Source: Owenia fusiformis (Eukaryota). From it: 64,000 nt of DNA. Below, piece after piece: positions 50,405 through 64,000 of this stretch. A program made the position numbers and the translations under genes. Location of the stretch: assembly GCA_903813345.2 (NCBI GenBank), contig CAIIXF020000001.1, positions 45,756,001 through 45,820,000 of the forward strand. The letters run 5' to 3'. Under the pieces are notes generated by a model. That model did no database searches. It was not told the origin of the DNA and was given only the letters and a program-made list of their open reading frames with translations. How positions within the stretch are numbered: the first letter of the stretch is position 1; every line of letters starts with the position of its first letter.

Positions 50405-53400
50405 ATGGCAGCGTCCATGGAAAAAGAGGTAAAATTCAACATCTAATTGTTTTCACTGTCTTAGGCTTGACTAACCACATATACACGTTACTCGATTAAT
50501 AGTGGTAATACTATCCTTCTTATTTTGCACTTTTTATCTGCTAACATCTGAATGATAGAAGAATCAAATCATAAAGGCCTATAGATTTCTATTTGTTTCA
50601 TAAATTTATGGGTCTACAGTACCCCCATAAATGTGGGGTCGAATTGGCGTTTTTTCTTATTTTTTAATATTTTAGTGCACAAGAATGATAAAATATAAGA
50701 AAAACGCCAAATCGACCACACATTTATGGGGGTAGTCTACAGTGGGGGACATAAAGTATACAAAACAAATTCTTACTTCAGTGTATTCAGTGCTCTATTT
50801 TATTCGTCCTAGTAAGTCCAGATATAGTCGAATTCGTGTCCATAATGACAAATAAGAACTTAAATATTTGAATTTGAATTCACATTCCTATTTTATAAAA
50901 ATGTATGCATATGGCAATATTCATCAACCAGTAGAACTGGCAAATCGTTTAGAATCTACATGGAATCTACAATTCCATACAAGGAGTCCCACTCATAGAT
51001 TTTTCAAATTCTTTCCAAGTCGACGTCGAAACACCTAGCGGGTGAAATTGAAACTAATTTTTCTGGCTGCTCGAATCGATAAAATTTCTGATAGTGTGAG
51101 TCTTTTTATGAAATCTTTCTGATAGAAAACACTTAATTAATATTAGAAAGCATTAAATGTTGAATCCGAAGCGTAATCTGAAATAAAAGTGAAAAAACAT
51201 TGCGCGGACGTCAGAGAAAAACTTCCGGTTTAATAAAAAATGGCGGACGTCGAAGGAGAAATTATGACGAAGAATTAGAGGATTTTCCTTTGCCATTATC
51301 GATCGTTATAAGGTATGTGCACAAATTCTAGTAGCATACATGGAAAATAGATACATTTTTAAAGGCAACAACATATTCAAAGCTTTCATTTTACGATAGG
51401 CCCAGGATCATTGAATACGACTCGGCAATCGATACTCCCACTTCAAATGTTGAGGGGAGCCAATCCACATTGCGGCGCAATCGGGCTCCCCTAGAATGCA
51501 ACATGACACGTGTCAGCTTTCAAAATGCTGTTCCGCCATTTTGAAATCTGTCACAAGTAAATAAGGTTACCCGATGTTGCATTCTGGGAGTCAATCCTCC
51601 TTGGATCACAAACATGGCGATTCATGAAAACATTCATTCGTTTTGGTAGGGATTTATCCATCTTATTTAAGATCATGGCAGAATTTAAAATTCAAATTGC
51701 AATTAGAGAAAAATAGCTGACTGGTTCACAAGTTTTACTGCTGATTTTCGAAAAAAATGATGTAAATCCATGTAGTTTTTGGAGAAAAACGAATTGTTCA
51801 AACTGCACAAGGTGAAATAGACTATATATTAATTCAGAAGCATGTAAGCTTTATTTACAAATCATTACATACGTTAAAGGGCATCATCAACTACTAGAAA
51901 ACTTTGTGACGTGTAAAGTTGGACAATTTTTGTCCGGTGGCTGATCCATCGCAGCGCCTCTAGCGAACGAGCCTTTGTGATGTGAAATGCCCGGCTGTAT
52001 GTGACACGTTCACTACCTCTGAGACCATAATGTATATGTAGATGTAGACAATATACATTGCCCACTCCAATCATGTAGAACATTGAGTGTGACAATCACC
52101 AGAATCTGAGCTATATTCATTGACACTCATAAGTGTTTGTGCATTTTACTTTACAGGATACCATGTACAAATTTGAGCTAGAGGTTTTATGGTGCATAAA
52201 TCAGTTGGAACTTGGGGTTCAGAACAGTAAAGGTGGACCAAAACAAGGTAAGTCTATTTATGCAGGCTTCATCACAGGTGTATGGACATATTTTATAAGT
52301 CAGGTATTTTAAGCATACCGGCTCTTCAAAAAAATAATATCTACTGCATACACATTTCAAAACCACGTTGTGTAGCAACACATATCATTTGAATGCATAT
52401 AACATATTTTTTATTATTTTTTAAAGTACAAAGTAGCCTGAAGCTGATCAAGGTCTTAAGGAATCCCAAGACACCTATGGTGAAAAAGCGTCAGGTCATG
52501 AACAAAACCTTTGGAGACTATAGAAAGAAAATGGCAGACGAACAGAAAAAATATGGCTCATGTATGTACTTGATAGAAAAACTGAAATATATTGAACAGT
52601 TTTGAAACCGTGCTGGGGATGTTCAGCCTAAATACAGTCTCATAAAATAACTTCTGACATTGTCTTTACTCAGGGAAATATGTAAATATATATGTATACA
52701 GCACCTTTATGCATTTATTTTGGTAAGTGTGAATATATTCATTTGCTTCTGAAAGCCCATGGCAGTATCTGCAATAATTTTGAAAAAGGACGATTCTCGG
52801 TTTGGAGAACGAAGTTCATCAATCTAAATGAGCATTATCCCTGCTTCGGACAAATTTGATTTTTTTACATAATATAGATTTGAATGTCTTCTTTTGAAAA
52901 GTCATAATTTAATTTGGGTAATATTTCTAGATTTTTCTCAAAAAAATATTAGCGCAGTACACTGATGAACTTCTTTCCCCAAATCGAGACTTGTATTTTA
53001 TTGAATCGGTCTAATTGAGCGTTATCCCTGCTTCAGACCAATTTGTTATTTTTACATCTTGTAAATTTAAATGTCCTTTTTTGAATATTCATAGTTTAAT
53101 TTGGGTAATATTTCTATATTTTTCATGAAAAAAATTATTAGCCCAGGAGACTGGTCTCCAAACCGAGAATCGTCCTTTATATGTTTTTTGCATCTGTAGC
53201 TACACTATCACTCTGTTATCTTTTGTGATGTACAAGTCATATGTTAATGTTTATTTCAGCTGTGAAAAAGATGTCTATTAATCCTATATCCTCCAAGTCT
53301 GCCCAGTCAACATACTACAAAAGGTCAACACAAAAACCTGATTCAAATATATCAGAGTCTGACAAAGAAACTCCAGTGCAAAACAGCATCAATCTTGCTA

Positions 53401-53702
53401 TTGAAATGGACAAACCAAATTCAAGTTATAACTATGAACCACCAAGTAAGGAATTTAAATTTAATTTCCAAGTGCAGTCAGTAGATGCAGTGGAAGCTGT
53501 TGATGAAGACATTGGTGCAGATGTTAAGAGTATTGAGGAGACACTACAACAAGCTACTTTGGATGCAGAGTCTAATGACAATATGGATCATGGTTCTCTA
53601 GAAACCGGTACAAATAAAGTGCAGCATCAACCAAGTGAAAAATATTATACACCTTCGGACAATGCATTCAGGTTCAATTTTCCAGCTCCTGACCCTTCTT
53701 GA
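50405..53702 (+). CDS. C8orf33: UPF0488 protein C8orf33 homolog (DUF4615), 4 exons, about 230 aa
   Basis: Exons 50405-50428 (MAASMEKE|GT), 52157-52247, 52427-52561, 53260-53702, phases consistent (693 nt). Family motifs FELEVLWCINQLELG, LRNPKTPMVKKRQVMNKTFGDYRKKMADE and C-terminal FRFNF. Confidence 0.88.
52786..53177. mobile_element. MITE in C8orf33 intron 3
   Basis: TIR AAGGACGATTCTCGGTTTGGAGA / TCTCCAAACCGAGAATCGTCCTT; internal duplication of about 190 bp. Confidence 0.7.
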
Positions 53703-54068
53703 CCTAAACATTAAAACTATACAAGTGAACATATAAAGTTTCTTGTTGAGAGATGTTCAGTGGAATATACAATTAAACAGAACCAGCTTTTCCCATTCAC
53801 ATGTTTATTTTGTTTATATCTACAAATAATTAGTTTTTTTCTACAGGGTGGGCAAAAAACAATACCCAAGTTTGAAGATGAATAACATATGATATATGTT
53901 AAACCATGCCATGTATTTTATATCACATTTAAGATAAATCATACCCTAACTGGATTTAAAAATGGTGGGAAATGGAGGGAAATTTGAATTTTGTCACCTT
54001 CAAAAGAGGTACATTCATACAAGTTTGGTGCAAAATTCATTCATAATACTTATATATTTTTAATTAAC

Positions 54069-54707
54069 TAGTAGCCCGGACAGAATTGTTCAATGGTCAC
54101 TTTTTCTGGTGTCATCGATTACCTCGGCAGCTTACCACCAAAGCAGCAGTCTACATTATTTCGTAGGACTATGACATTTCTTAAATATTAACTTTCAACT
54201 GAACATTCATCCTCCGATCACAGGGCTTCAAAATCTAGAATATATTCTTTCTTTTTAACCCCCTGCGATAAGCAGTTAGCATTTCCCTGATTAAGAACTC
54301 GCAATCTGATTGGCTGTTGCAACACTGCGACAGAAATCATGTATAAGTCATTGCGCATAGTTAGATCACATGATTCAGTTTAATCGGTCTTCCAAATTGG
54401 TTATAGCAGGGGGAAGAAGGAGGTATGGATTCTGGACACCTGCTTAGGAGGATGCTGAAGATTCAAATTCACAAAATAGGTCGCCATTTTGAACAAATAT
54501 GAGACAAAATGATGAATTATGTATTTGCGCCAGTCATACTATGAAAACCTATAATATCAATAAATTAAGAGATGTTCCATAACTATTTTTTTGTATGTTA
54601 GAATCTTACTCTAGTTTTCAAATATGTGATCAGACTATGATAATACTGAAAATTAAAAAAGTTATTAAAGAAAAAGTGACCATTGAACAATGCTGTCCGG
54701 GCTACTA
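54069..54707. mobile_element. MITE with about 39-bp TIRs
   Basis: TAGTAGCCCGGACAGAATTGTTCAATGGTCACTTTTTCT ... AGAAAAAGTGACCATTGAACAATGCTGTCCGGGCTACTA. Confidence 0.8.
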
Positions 54708-56244
54708 TCAATCGTATATTATTCTTGAATAAATTGATAATGATTCAGTCAAGCATATTGAGTGCAGCTATTGACTGCAATATGGAGGGAAATTTCATCT
54801 TTTGATGAGTGGTCGCTAATTACACCCCTGGTGTCATTATTTAGCTTCTAACTCCACAAGAAAACAAAGGTTTTCAATCAAATGGTGTCATATTGTTAGG
54901 AAATGATATATTTTGAAAATGATTGTAATACATAGCATGGTTTAATATTTAAGACTCCATTTGTAAGGCAAACAATTCAATAAGGTTGTTAACATGCTTA
55001 TCGTGGCTTTTGGTGATACAAAACTGTTTCGACTTTATGTGATGTCAAGGACAAAACATCAATAATGTACCTTGCCTATTATTCAATAATCAAACAACAG
55101 CAATCCTGTTGAATTAGGTTAAAAATGACACAATTGGTGATTTTTATCATATATTTTTACAAGAATATTTTTTTTATTATGTGAACCACTATGCTACATT
55201 TTCAGTTATGGCCGCCAATTTTAAGTGAGTGAGATGGGATAACTACAATGGGAACAACTTGAATGTAAAATAATCATACAATGAGTCAACAATACAAGTT
55301 TTACAATGTTTATAAAAATAATACAATAAATATCATATGCAAATTATTTCTAATTAAATCCATGAATATAGAAGAACTATATTCATGGATCTCTGTGAAT
55401 GATTGTTGAATGTTTCATTTCTTAATGGATTTTTATGAATGTTTATTTTTGCTCTTTATCTATTCTTGAACTTTCCTGAATAACATTTCCAGAATTATGA
55501 TTTCAAAAGCTAGATTCAGTAATGCCTGTGAATATTTGTTGTATGGTTCTGAATGCATCATCAAAAAATGAAACATTCACCACTTATTATTCATAAGGAT
55601 TCTTATTTTTTTTATTTATTTTTTTATTCAGTTTTATTCATTAAAATTAAGGATTCTTATCATTAATCATTAATATTTTTCTTTTAATCACAAAGCTATG
55701 AATTTCTCAAGTATCATAATTCATTTCATTTCAAAAGTTCATTCATTAACAATTCACACACATTTAATATATAATCTAGTATATACGTATAATATTTATT
55801 TTGACTTATGTATGTACCCATGTATGTATTAATTATTTTGCTAAAAAAACAATCAAATTATGGCATAACGCTTAAAACTTTCAACATACATTCCTGAGGA
55901 TATAGTTAATTTGTATTAGAATTGTTGAAATGATACAACAATCTATTCATATATTTGAAGAAGCAGTTATGACCTGTCGTATGGTTCCACGGAGCAGTTT
56001 TTCATCAGTGTATTTTAACAAAAACATAGAAAATCGCAACAATTTCATTTAACTTTTGACTAAATTGTTATTGAACCAATACCAACTCTTTGTTTAATTG
56101 TAAGTATCGCGATATCATAGTACTATATAATGTATAAATCAGTTCCATTGTGACTATTATATGACATCATACGTGACATCATATCATGTCATATTTGGAA
56201 ACTCCAGAAGGCCATAACGAAGAAGTGCCTGAGTCTTCTTGGTA

Positions 56245-57057
56245 GGGCAATTCTACACTGGGACAATGCCCCCAACTCATAGATCCCTGAAGACCCAAGA
56301 GACAATCAAGAAGCTATCGATAGAACCTCTTTATACAGCATCCTACCGTACCAGATGTTGCACTTTCAGATTTCTATCTACATGAGCTATATGACGATCT
56401 AAAACAACACATCAATACTACCAGGTACCATGATAAGGCTCAGTTAAGGAAAGCTTTGCAGTCTTCCTTGGGCGATATGGCCAAAGATTGAACAACATCT
56501 TCCAGTCCTTGGTCGAGAGGCACCGTGCCATTCTAGCTAATAATTGGTGATATGACATGAAGTGACTGTCCAATAAATAAGATGTTTGTGACTTTTCAAG
56601 TTGATAGACTAGTATAGGCTACGATTTGACTATTTAATTTGACCGACATTCTGTCATCTAGAGATTGAACAACATCTTCCAGTCCTTGGTCGAGAGGCAC
56701 CGTGCCATTCTAGCTAATAATTGGTGATATGACATGAAGTGACTGTCCAATAAATAAGATGTTTGTGACTTTTCAAGTTGATAGACTAGTATAGGCTACG
56801 ATTTGACTATTTAATTTGACCGACATTCTGTCATCTCGAGAGAATAAAAAGTCACAATTAAAAGCTTTTTAAAACAAAATTTTACAAAAACCCTGCAGAC
56901 CCTCGCTGGGGGTTACCATGGCAAGAGCAGCAGAGACAATATTTATTTTTATACAAAATATATAGCAAATAAAAGCTGTATATATTAATACCATACTTTT
57001 TACTTTAGAAACTTTAATTTTTCGAGCAAAATTATTAAAACATATGGGACACCTTGT
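56245..57057 (+). mobile_element. Decayed mariner (DD34D) transposase 3' portion
   Basis: Frameshifted translation ILHWDNAP-THRSLKTQETIKKLSIEPLYTASY-PDVALSDFYL...LKQHI...IFQSLVERHRAILANN-GD matches the mariner HDNA and YSPDLAPSD motifs. TIR-like end GGGACACCTTG|TA at about 57046-57058; 177-bp tandem duplication at 56485-56838. Confidence 0.75.
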
Positions 57058-57999
57058 ACACTTTTATAACAGTGGCATTTTTTGCATGCAAATATGCGTA
57101 GGGATATACATGTAGATACAATTTATATTCAATGAATTACACAAAAACCATTCATTTAAAATATTTAATATACACCGTTTTAACTGACACACTGACATTA
57201 TATATATTTTTTTTTTATTATTTTTTTTATTTCAAAGAATAAGCATGTTAAAGCAATTGCAAAAAACAATTACAGTACAGTTACATGGTAAACCTACATT
57301 TAACAATTTTACAATACAGTATTGGTTAAATATTTAGTCTTCAGGAGACATTATACAATTGGCTTTTTTATTAGTTTCAATTCGGGAAAAAGAGATGCAC
57401 TCAACTACTGAAAGAGCGTCACATTTAGAAGATACATCTCTAAACTCTAAAACTAACCTTTCCTTTTTAAAGTTGGGGCATAAGTCTGTGTCATTACTGT
57501 TGTCGTGAGAACAAATACCATTACTTTTCTTCAAACGTTTATTATCCTCTACTGTAGGGCCAAGAGGATGTCTTATTTTCTCAAAACGCTTAAACATTTC
57601 GATGTATAAGTTTCTAAAAATCATACTTTTTTCCATAGAAATGACACTGAAGATACAGTACACCGTCTCCTTATGCCCTAACTTTAAAGAGGTTCATGGG
57701 GAGGCTGATTGCTGAACCCCTCTGCCCATATATCTGTACGGACGATAACTCATATGCCTTTTCCACGCTAGGCCTATATAACTTTCACATTTGATAAACA
57801 TTTGCCCAATGGAGTGTATGTTCAGTTGAAAACTGATTTTAAAATATTTAGTGACGATTTAACAATTTTTTGATAGCACAAACAAATGTGATGTTGTTGT
57901 GGGTTTACTGCAAAATTATATTATTTTGATTCCAGCACCTATAATGCTATAGCAGCCATCTTGAAAAATGCTGGACACTAATATTCACTAGCAATCTAC

Positions 58000-58940
58000 C
58001 TGTTCAAGTGGGTCACCAAGGGTCACAGAAGCCCCCAAAGCACCCCCTTGAAATGCTACCTGAATATTGATCGTTTGACCTTGACTATTTCTTGAATTGA
58101 GGAGAACTTGTTGAAACGCTAATTACTTGGATATTCACCTATGACCTTGAGATGATCTTGGCCCATAAACATTGCCAACAAAGGTCACAGTATCCTTCAA
58201 GTGCCTTAAAACGCCAAATACTTCGATATTGACCTTTGGCCTTGAGATGACCTTGACCAGTATAACGTTGGCCTTGACCTCAGGTCAACTCATCATGGGT
58301 AGCCAAGGGTCATAGCAGCCCCCGGGATCTTAAATCGCCAAATACCTAGTTATTGCCCCTTGAATTGCCCCTTGGCCTCAGGTCAGCCAATCATGGGTCT
58401 CCAAGGGTCACAGCAGCCATCGATGTCCTCGAAATACCAAATACTTAGATGTTGACCTTTGACCTTGAGATGGCCTTGACCCATAAACATTGACCTTGAC
58501 TTCAGGTCACCTTATCATTGGATGTCAAGGGTCTCTGTAGCCCCAAAGACCTTAAATCACCAAATGCCGAGATATTGACCTTTGACCTAGGAATAACCTT
58601 GACCTCAGGCTATCTAATCATGGGTCGCCAAGGATCACAACAGCCCAAAGATGCATTAAAACGCCAAATACCAAGATATTGACCTTGGAAAGACCTTGAC
58701 CCATAAAGATGAGCTTGACCTCAGGTCACCAAATCATGGGTCGTCAATTAGCACAGACCATCGGTCTTAAAAGCCAAATACCTAAATATTGACCTTTTAC
58801 CTTGGAATGACCTCTGGCCTTCGTAGAATACCCACCGACCCACTAAGTATGTTGACAAAGTATGAGGGCCCAAGGCCAAACTGTCGCGGAGATGTCCGGA
58901 CAGACAGATGTACAGACAGACCACCGTGCTTTATAGTAAG
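58000..58940. repeat. Degenerate tandem array of TGACCTTG-rich units ending in a (GACA)n tract; probable MITE/HINE-like element
   Basis: Repeated TTGACCTTTGACCTTG / TCAGGTCA / ATCATGGGT blocks; CGGACAGACAGATGTACAGACAGA at the end. Confidence 0.55.
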
Positions 58941-60122
58941 GAAATGTTATTTTGGATTTATTTATCCCGCTAAGAACCGTTTACGCAATAAATGTAACTA
59001 CCCCAACGGAATAGTAAATGAAGAATAGAACTGATTAACTTCTATTGTTTGAATGGTCAAAAAAGTGAATGGAAAGGGATAAAAGTTATCGCCCGGTATT
59101 GAATTAGTTCAGTGCAATTTTAATTTCATTGATATAATTTTATACATATTTTAATCTAGATATAAATTTATTTCAATTTTAAGCTTGACAATGATGTTAT
59201 AAAACAAACAATTCTTGAGATGAAAACAAGTAACATTCCACGAAGCCCGATTCACCTCAATAGAATTAAATATGTGTATGCAAATAAGTTCAAATGAATA
59301 TTTGTATACAAATATTAATATTGGAGATAATAATACTATATTATCCTACACTTAGTGTATTAAATGACTGTACAATGCCATTAATAAATAAATTTGATTC
59401 TATAAGCAAAATGAATAGCCGGAGGATATCGCCACGATATACTCTGGAAAACCAATATGAGGAGGGTCACGACATACTTCGCTCTCGCATGCAGATATCA
59501 ATATCACCTCGGAGATAAAAATGATATTCCTCAATGTTATTCTACAAATGTATATCACACTTACCACAAAAATATATATTCCACATGCTCTCGCAATTGA
59601 TACAATGATCAATGCAATATTCTCAATTTAAAGTTCATTATATTACAACAATTTGTCAGATATTCGTTTTCTAGATTCTTCATGTGTTTATGGAATATGT
59701 AAAATTAGCTCTAATGGATTAAACCCACGAACAATTCTTTTTTAACAAATTGGTCACATAGTAAGTGAATATTATAATTGTCTTCCCAAATCTGGAAAAA
59801 TGTGCATACCGCTTTTCAATCAAGTAATTTTTTCAAAAAATTAATACCGAAAGAAGTGACAGTTTGTAGCAAAGTCTAATGATGTTTCAAGGTACAGGTT
59901 ATTCCGAATTATTTTAATTTTTGTGTATTTTAGGATCAAACAATTAAATTATAGAGGTTCTAAGTCTAACGGTAAAAGCGATCATGAAATTGAAGCCGAA
60001 GAAACAAACAGAGGAACCATATTTAAAATACTTAACATTTTTGTGACCTTTTTATATTGTTTATCCATTTCAAGTTATATTAATTACTTAACTAATGGAA
60101 TTAGAAATAAGCGTACATTTAA

Positions 60123-60476
60123 GGATGTTCCCTGGACGAAGTTGAAAACGATGAACACCAACCCCTAATTTTTCTTTTCAAAATGTGAAGTACATAGCAT
60201 AACTAAGTGTTTCTGTGAGTTTAAGAAAAAGTTAAATATTCAAAAGTGTGTTTTGGGGTGAAAACCTGATTTTTAACATGGGTTTCAATGAGAAAGTGCC
60301 ACGCCCACTTTTGTCAAATATTGACACTTTAGAGGCCTCTTGCTCAGAAAAAAGCACACTAACATATGGTTTTTAAAGTTTTAATATTCTTTGTTGCCCG
60401 TGAGAATCCCAGAAAACCATTTTTGAGAAAAAGTTAAATACTATTGAATATTTTCCTATCTGACCAGGGAACATCC
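60123..60476. mobile_element. TTAA-flanked MITE (Kolobok-like)
   Basis: TTAA|GGATGTTCCCTGG ... CCAGGGAACATCC|TTAA. Confidence 0.8.
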
Positions 60477-60521
60477 TTAATTGACCTTAGTCAATAGTTT
60501 TGGAGATACTAACATAATTGT

Positions 60522-60846
60522 CTACAGATCTGAGAAACATTTTTGAACACAAGATGGGACACAAAGTTTCAGACATCTTTTCATGGCCTTTAACAATCTT
60601 TTTTGTTTTGAGGCAAACAGTATGGGATACAGTACAAACAGAATAAGCGGTAGATTAGAAATTGAGTCATGCCATATTTTCAAACTTAGAGCATTGGCCC
60701 CAAAGAGAACAGTACTCAACGCACGTAAACCCCTATAAGACCAAAACATGACAACGAAAATAACAAATAGCATTATCGCTGACCTCAAGATCTTGAATTC
60801 TTTTTTGTAAGCCACCGCCATGCTGTGGTCAACAACTTCTATTTGA
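60522..60846 (-). CDS. C-terminal fragment (TM6, TM7, helix 8) of a putative 7TM/GPCR-like protein, truncated by the assembly gap
   Basis: KKEFKILRSAIMLFVIFVVMFWSY (TM6-like), NLPLILFVLYPILFASKQKRLLKAMKRCLKLC (NPxxY-like PILF, then helix 8 with Cys). The upstream part is lost in the Ns. Confidence 0.5.
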
Positions 60847-61346
60847 NNNNNNNNNNNNNNNNNNNNNNNNNNNNNNNNNNNNNNNNNNNNNNNNNNNNNN
60901 NNNNNNNNNNNNNNNNNNNNNNNNNNNNNNNNNNNNNNNNNNNNNNNNNNNNNNNNNNNNNNNNNNNNNNNNNNNNNNNNNNNNNNNNNNNNNNNNNNNN
61001 NNNNNNNNNNNNNNNNNNNNNNNNNNNNNNNNNNNNNNNNNNNNNNNNNNNNNNNNNNNNNNNNNNNNNNNNNNNNNNNNNNNNNNNNNNNNNNNNNNNN
61101 NNNNNNNNNNNNNNNNNNNNNNNNNNNNNNNNNNNNNNNNNNNNNNNNNNNNNNNNNNNNNNNNNNNNNNNNNNNNNNNNNNNNNNNNNNNNNNNNNNNN
61201 NNNNNNNNNNNNNNNNNNNNNNNNNNNNNNNNNNNNNNNNNNNNNNNNNNNNNNNNNNNNNNNNNNNNNNNNNNNNNNNNNNNNNNNNNNNNNNNNNNNN
61301 NNNNNNNNNNNNNNNNNNNNNNNNNNNNNNNNNNNNNNNNNNNNNN
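60847..61346. other. Assembly gap (500 N)
   Basis: Run of N. Confidence 1.
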
Positions 61347-61479
61347 GTCCTGATTTGACCATTTTCACACTTTTTTCCCCATACAGTGTATAGTATGTAC
61401 ATGTATGTTTTAGGATTTAAATATTCCTTGTAGTGTCTGAAAAAGCAAAGCATTTGTGTACTGAATTTATCAGTACTGC

Positions 61480-62200
61480 AGTTAGCAGTCCAGGAACATT
61501 GGAAAGGGCGTATGAGAAGCATGAAAACTATAGTAGGGTTAATCATGGTCCAATCAGTTTTTCGTAATAAGTTTTTAGTTCTCATCTTTCAGAGTGATCA
61601 CTGTCACGCTTCATATACTTCAGAATACTGATGTGATGGATGTGTCTGATGTGCCAGTTTTGGAGTAGGGATATTTGCGAGTGAAGATCAATCTTTGGTA
61701 TAATGGATTTCAGTTAACCAAACTGTGTTTGAATCCTCGTCAACTGGTTGAAAGACAATGCGATAATAATAATCTATGGTGCATACTGAACTGTGGCATC
61801 ACATGACCTCATCAAAACCAATCAACAGTCAGTTATATAAAAATGATTCAGATAGTCTGTGGGACTATTAGATTATATGTTTTATTGTATTAGAAGTGTG
61901 AATTTCACTGCAGATAATATCATCACTTATATTGGGAATCAATTCCACTTTGCATTGATCTTCATCCTTTGTGATATCAGAAAGAGCACAAAGCCCCTGT
62001 CTTCAGAAATGGCAAATTTTCTTTAATATTTTGCCACTACAATCAGCTTAGTAAATATTAGAGATAATCTTGATATTGTAAGCGCTAAGCATATGAGAAA
62101 TTTTTATGATATGGGAAAGTGTTTACCCGGATTTCATCATCTCGATTTTGACTGATTGAGAAATGGATAACTGTAATATCAGGGACTCTTGGTATAATAT
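61480..62200 (-). pseudogene. Heavily decayed leucine-rich-repeat coding remnant
   Basis: Minus-strand fragments IPRVPDITVIHFSISQNRDDEIRVNTF (starting near 62195), IIALSFNQLTRIQTQFG*LKSI (starting near 61767) and RPFQCSWTANC (LRRCT-like, near 61510). Stops and frameshifts lie between them. Confidence 0.3.
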
Positions 62201-64000
62201 TGACTCATCTTCCCACTAGTCAAGCAATCCATTATCTCTATGCTTCGATTCATTTGATAAATATGATAACCCCTGAGCTTAGCCCTAAAATCTGCACTAA
62301 ATTTGATACCCTGATTCCCATCAGTTCCCATCACTATACTCTGACTATTACAGGTGATTTAACAATTTTGATAATGAGAAGATCTTCATGAGCTCAAATG
62401 CAGATTTTGTAGACTTTTATTGGAGTTTGAATGTGAAATTATTGAATACAATTGAAATGAAAATATTTTAACATCATGCTTGCCTGACTTAATATTGTTA
62501 TTAGATCGACTGCATCAGAGAATCATCATTAATTTAAAGAGTGAAGACAAATCAAAACTCTTTCTATAGGGTACTCTTCTGAAAGTATATCCCATTGATT
62601 GATTCTTGACTTTTGGGTTTTTGCTGGATTACGACTATCACATTGATTGCCTCTCAGTGAATATGTATTAAAAGAAAAGACTCTGAAGAGATCAACTATG
62701 GTCTCATTTCTGGGGTAATTCTAGGTACTTAAATGCAGTTAAAATAGTTAATAGCCCTGTATTGTACTATACTTGTTATGAGATTGGTTCTTTTCTTTTA
62801 AATTGATAATTTATTGGTATTATGTAAAAAATGGTTACATTTTTATATTATTTATTAAGAACATCACAGAAAGTCCTGAAAAATAATATGTGGCAAAATG
62901 AATCTAATTTATAGATTGAAAAGAATTGCCCATGTATGCTTTAATTTAGAAATGGAATCATTGTTAAATATGCTTATCTCACACTTTTTATATTAGCCCC
63001 ACCTCAAGTTATTATATAATATATAGACATGACCCCTAACATCGTTTGAACTTCTTTGTCTTTTGAGATGTTCCATTTCCCAAACTATTCCTTTTATTTG
63101 GATCGAATAAATCGTGTTTTTATGACTTGATATCCAAGAGAGAGAGAGAGTCTGAAGTAAAGATTGGCTAATAATTCAATTCCCTGAAGATCCTTATTGC
63201 ATTTCCGATGCCAATCATTTACACTACACGGACTGTGGTTCATCAAATTACACAATCTGGGGCTCTGATTTGAAACTCATTTAAAGTGTATGCTGAGATA
63301 TATCTTCAATGGACTGGAAGGAGAATGTGAAGGGGTCAGTGTCCCCCTTAGATATATGTAAATATTAAATAAAAATAATTGAAATTGAATACTATATTAT
63401 TAATATGACAATAGTATGGAAGTGTCCCATCACTATACCATCCTCTGATTAAGAGCGATCATTTTACAGTTTGGCATTAACCAATCAGATAACATCATGA
63501 TGCTGATATGTTTACTTATTTGAATAATTTGTGGCTGAACAACGGCATTCTCTGATTGGCTCAGTGGTCGATTAATTAATTTTGTCTGTATTCAGCCACG
63601 TCCTATTTTTTATATTAGGTATGTCCAACATATCAACTTACCTCTCGTCTATTGATATTGGAAACTAAAATATATCAGGAAATTAATGTACAATTAAGCT
63701 TTCAGGGTTAGGCTCTCCACTATTAATGTATAATACTGATATGAAGTAATCATGCAATACGAACCAAAAACTATAAAAACATCTATATTCAAGTAATTAT
63801 CAGATGGGTAACAAAAAACCATTCAGTTCATAAAAAGCCTCATGTGCCATAAAAACAAGCACTATATGGATTCTATTATTTGATGACACGGTGTATTTTT
63901 CCTATTTTTTATCATCAGGCGATCTATTAAATGAATATTTTTCAATAATAGTAATATGCAGAGTCACTTTTCCTTGTATTCAACATCACTTTCCTTGCAT

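Noticed and set aside
53843..57057. Single full-length mariner from TACAGGGTGGGC (near 53843) to the TIR at about 57057
   Set aside because: The two ends match only over the first ~7 bp, so they probably belong to different elements.
60825..61585. Long ORFs of 177-248 aa
   Set aside because: Artefacts of the 500-N gap.

Overview
AT-rich, intron-rich animal genomic DNA; the repeat types and the frequent TACATGTA motif suggest a lophotrochozoan, which is an inference. By hand I could reconstruct four spliced genes with GT-AG introns and consistent phases. These are TMUB1/2 (minus, 6415-8299), the G-quadruplex helicase DHX36 (plus, 24 coding exons, 13988-40420, about 1067 aa), a C8orf33/UPF0488 homolog (plus, 50405-53702), and a 4-exon secreted-protein gene nested antisense in DHX36 intron 7 (21244-23207; signal peptide, Ly6/three-finger-like domain, chitin-binding type-2-like domain, APAY tail). 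A 7TM/GPCR C-terminal fragment and decayed LRR remnants flank a 500-N gap near the end. The most unusual signal is that three DHX36 splice junctions (exon 13 acceptor, exon 17 donor, exon 19 donor) are each tandemly amplified into the intron, so dozens of decoy splice sites sit next to the real ones. Introns and intergenic DNA carry many non-autonomous elements: three different CAC-ended elements with 5-bp TSDs (Transib-like), Kolobok-like TTAA elements, Helentron/HINE-like elements with about 145-bp internal repeats, hAT-like MITEs, Crypton and mariner relics, and an inverted pair of Penelope-type hammerhead-ribozyme-like motifs.
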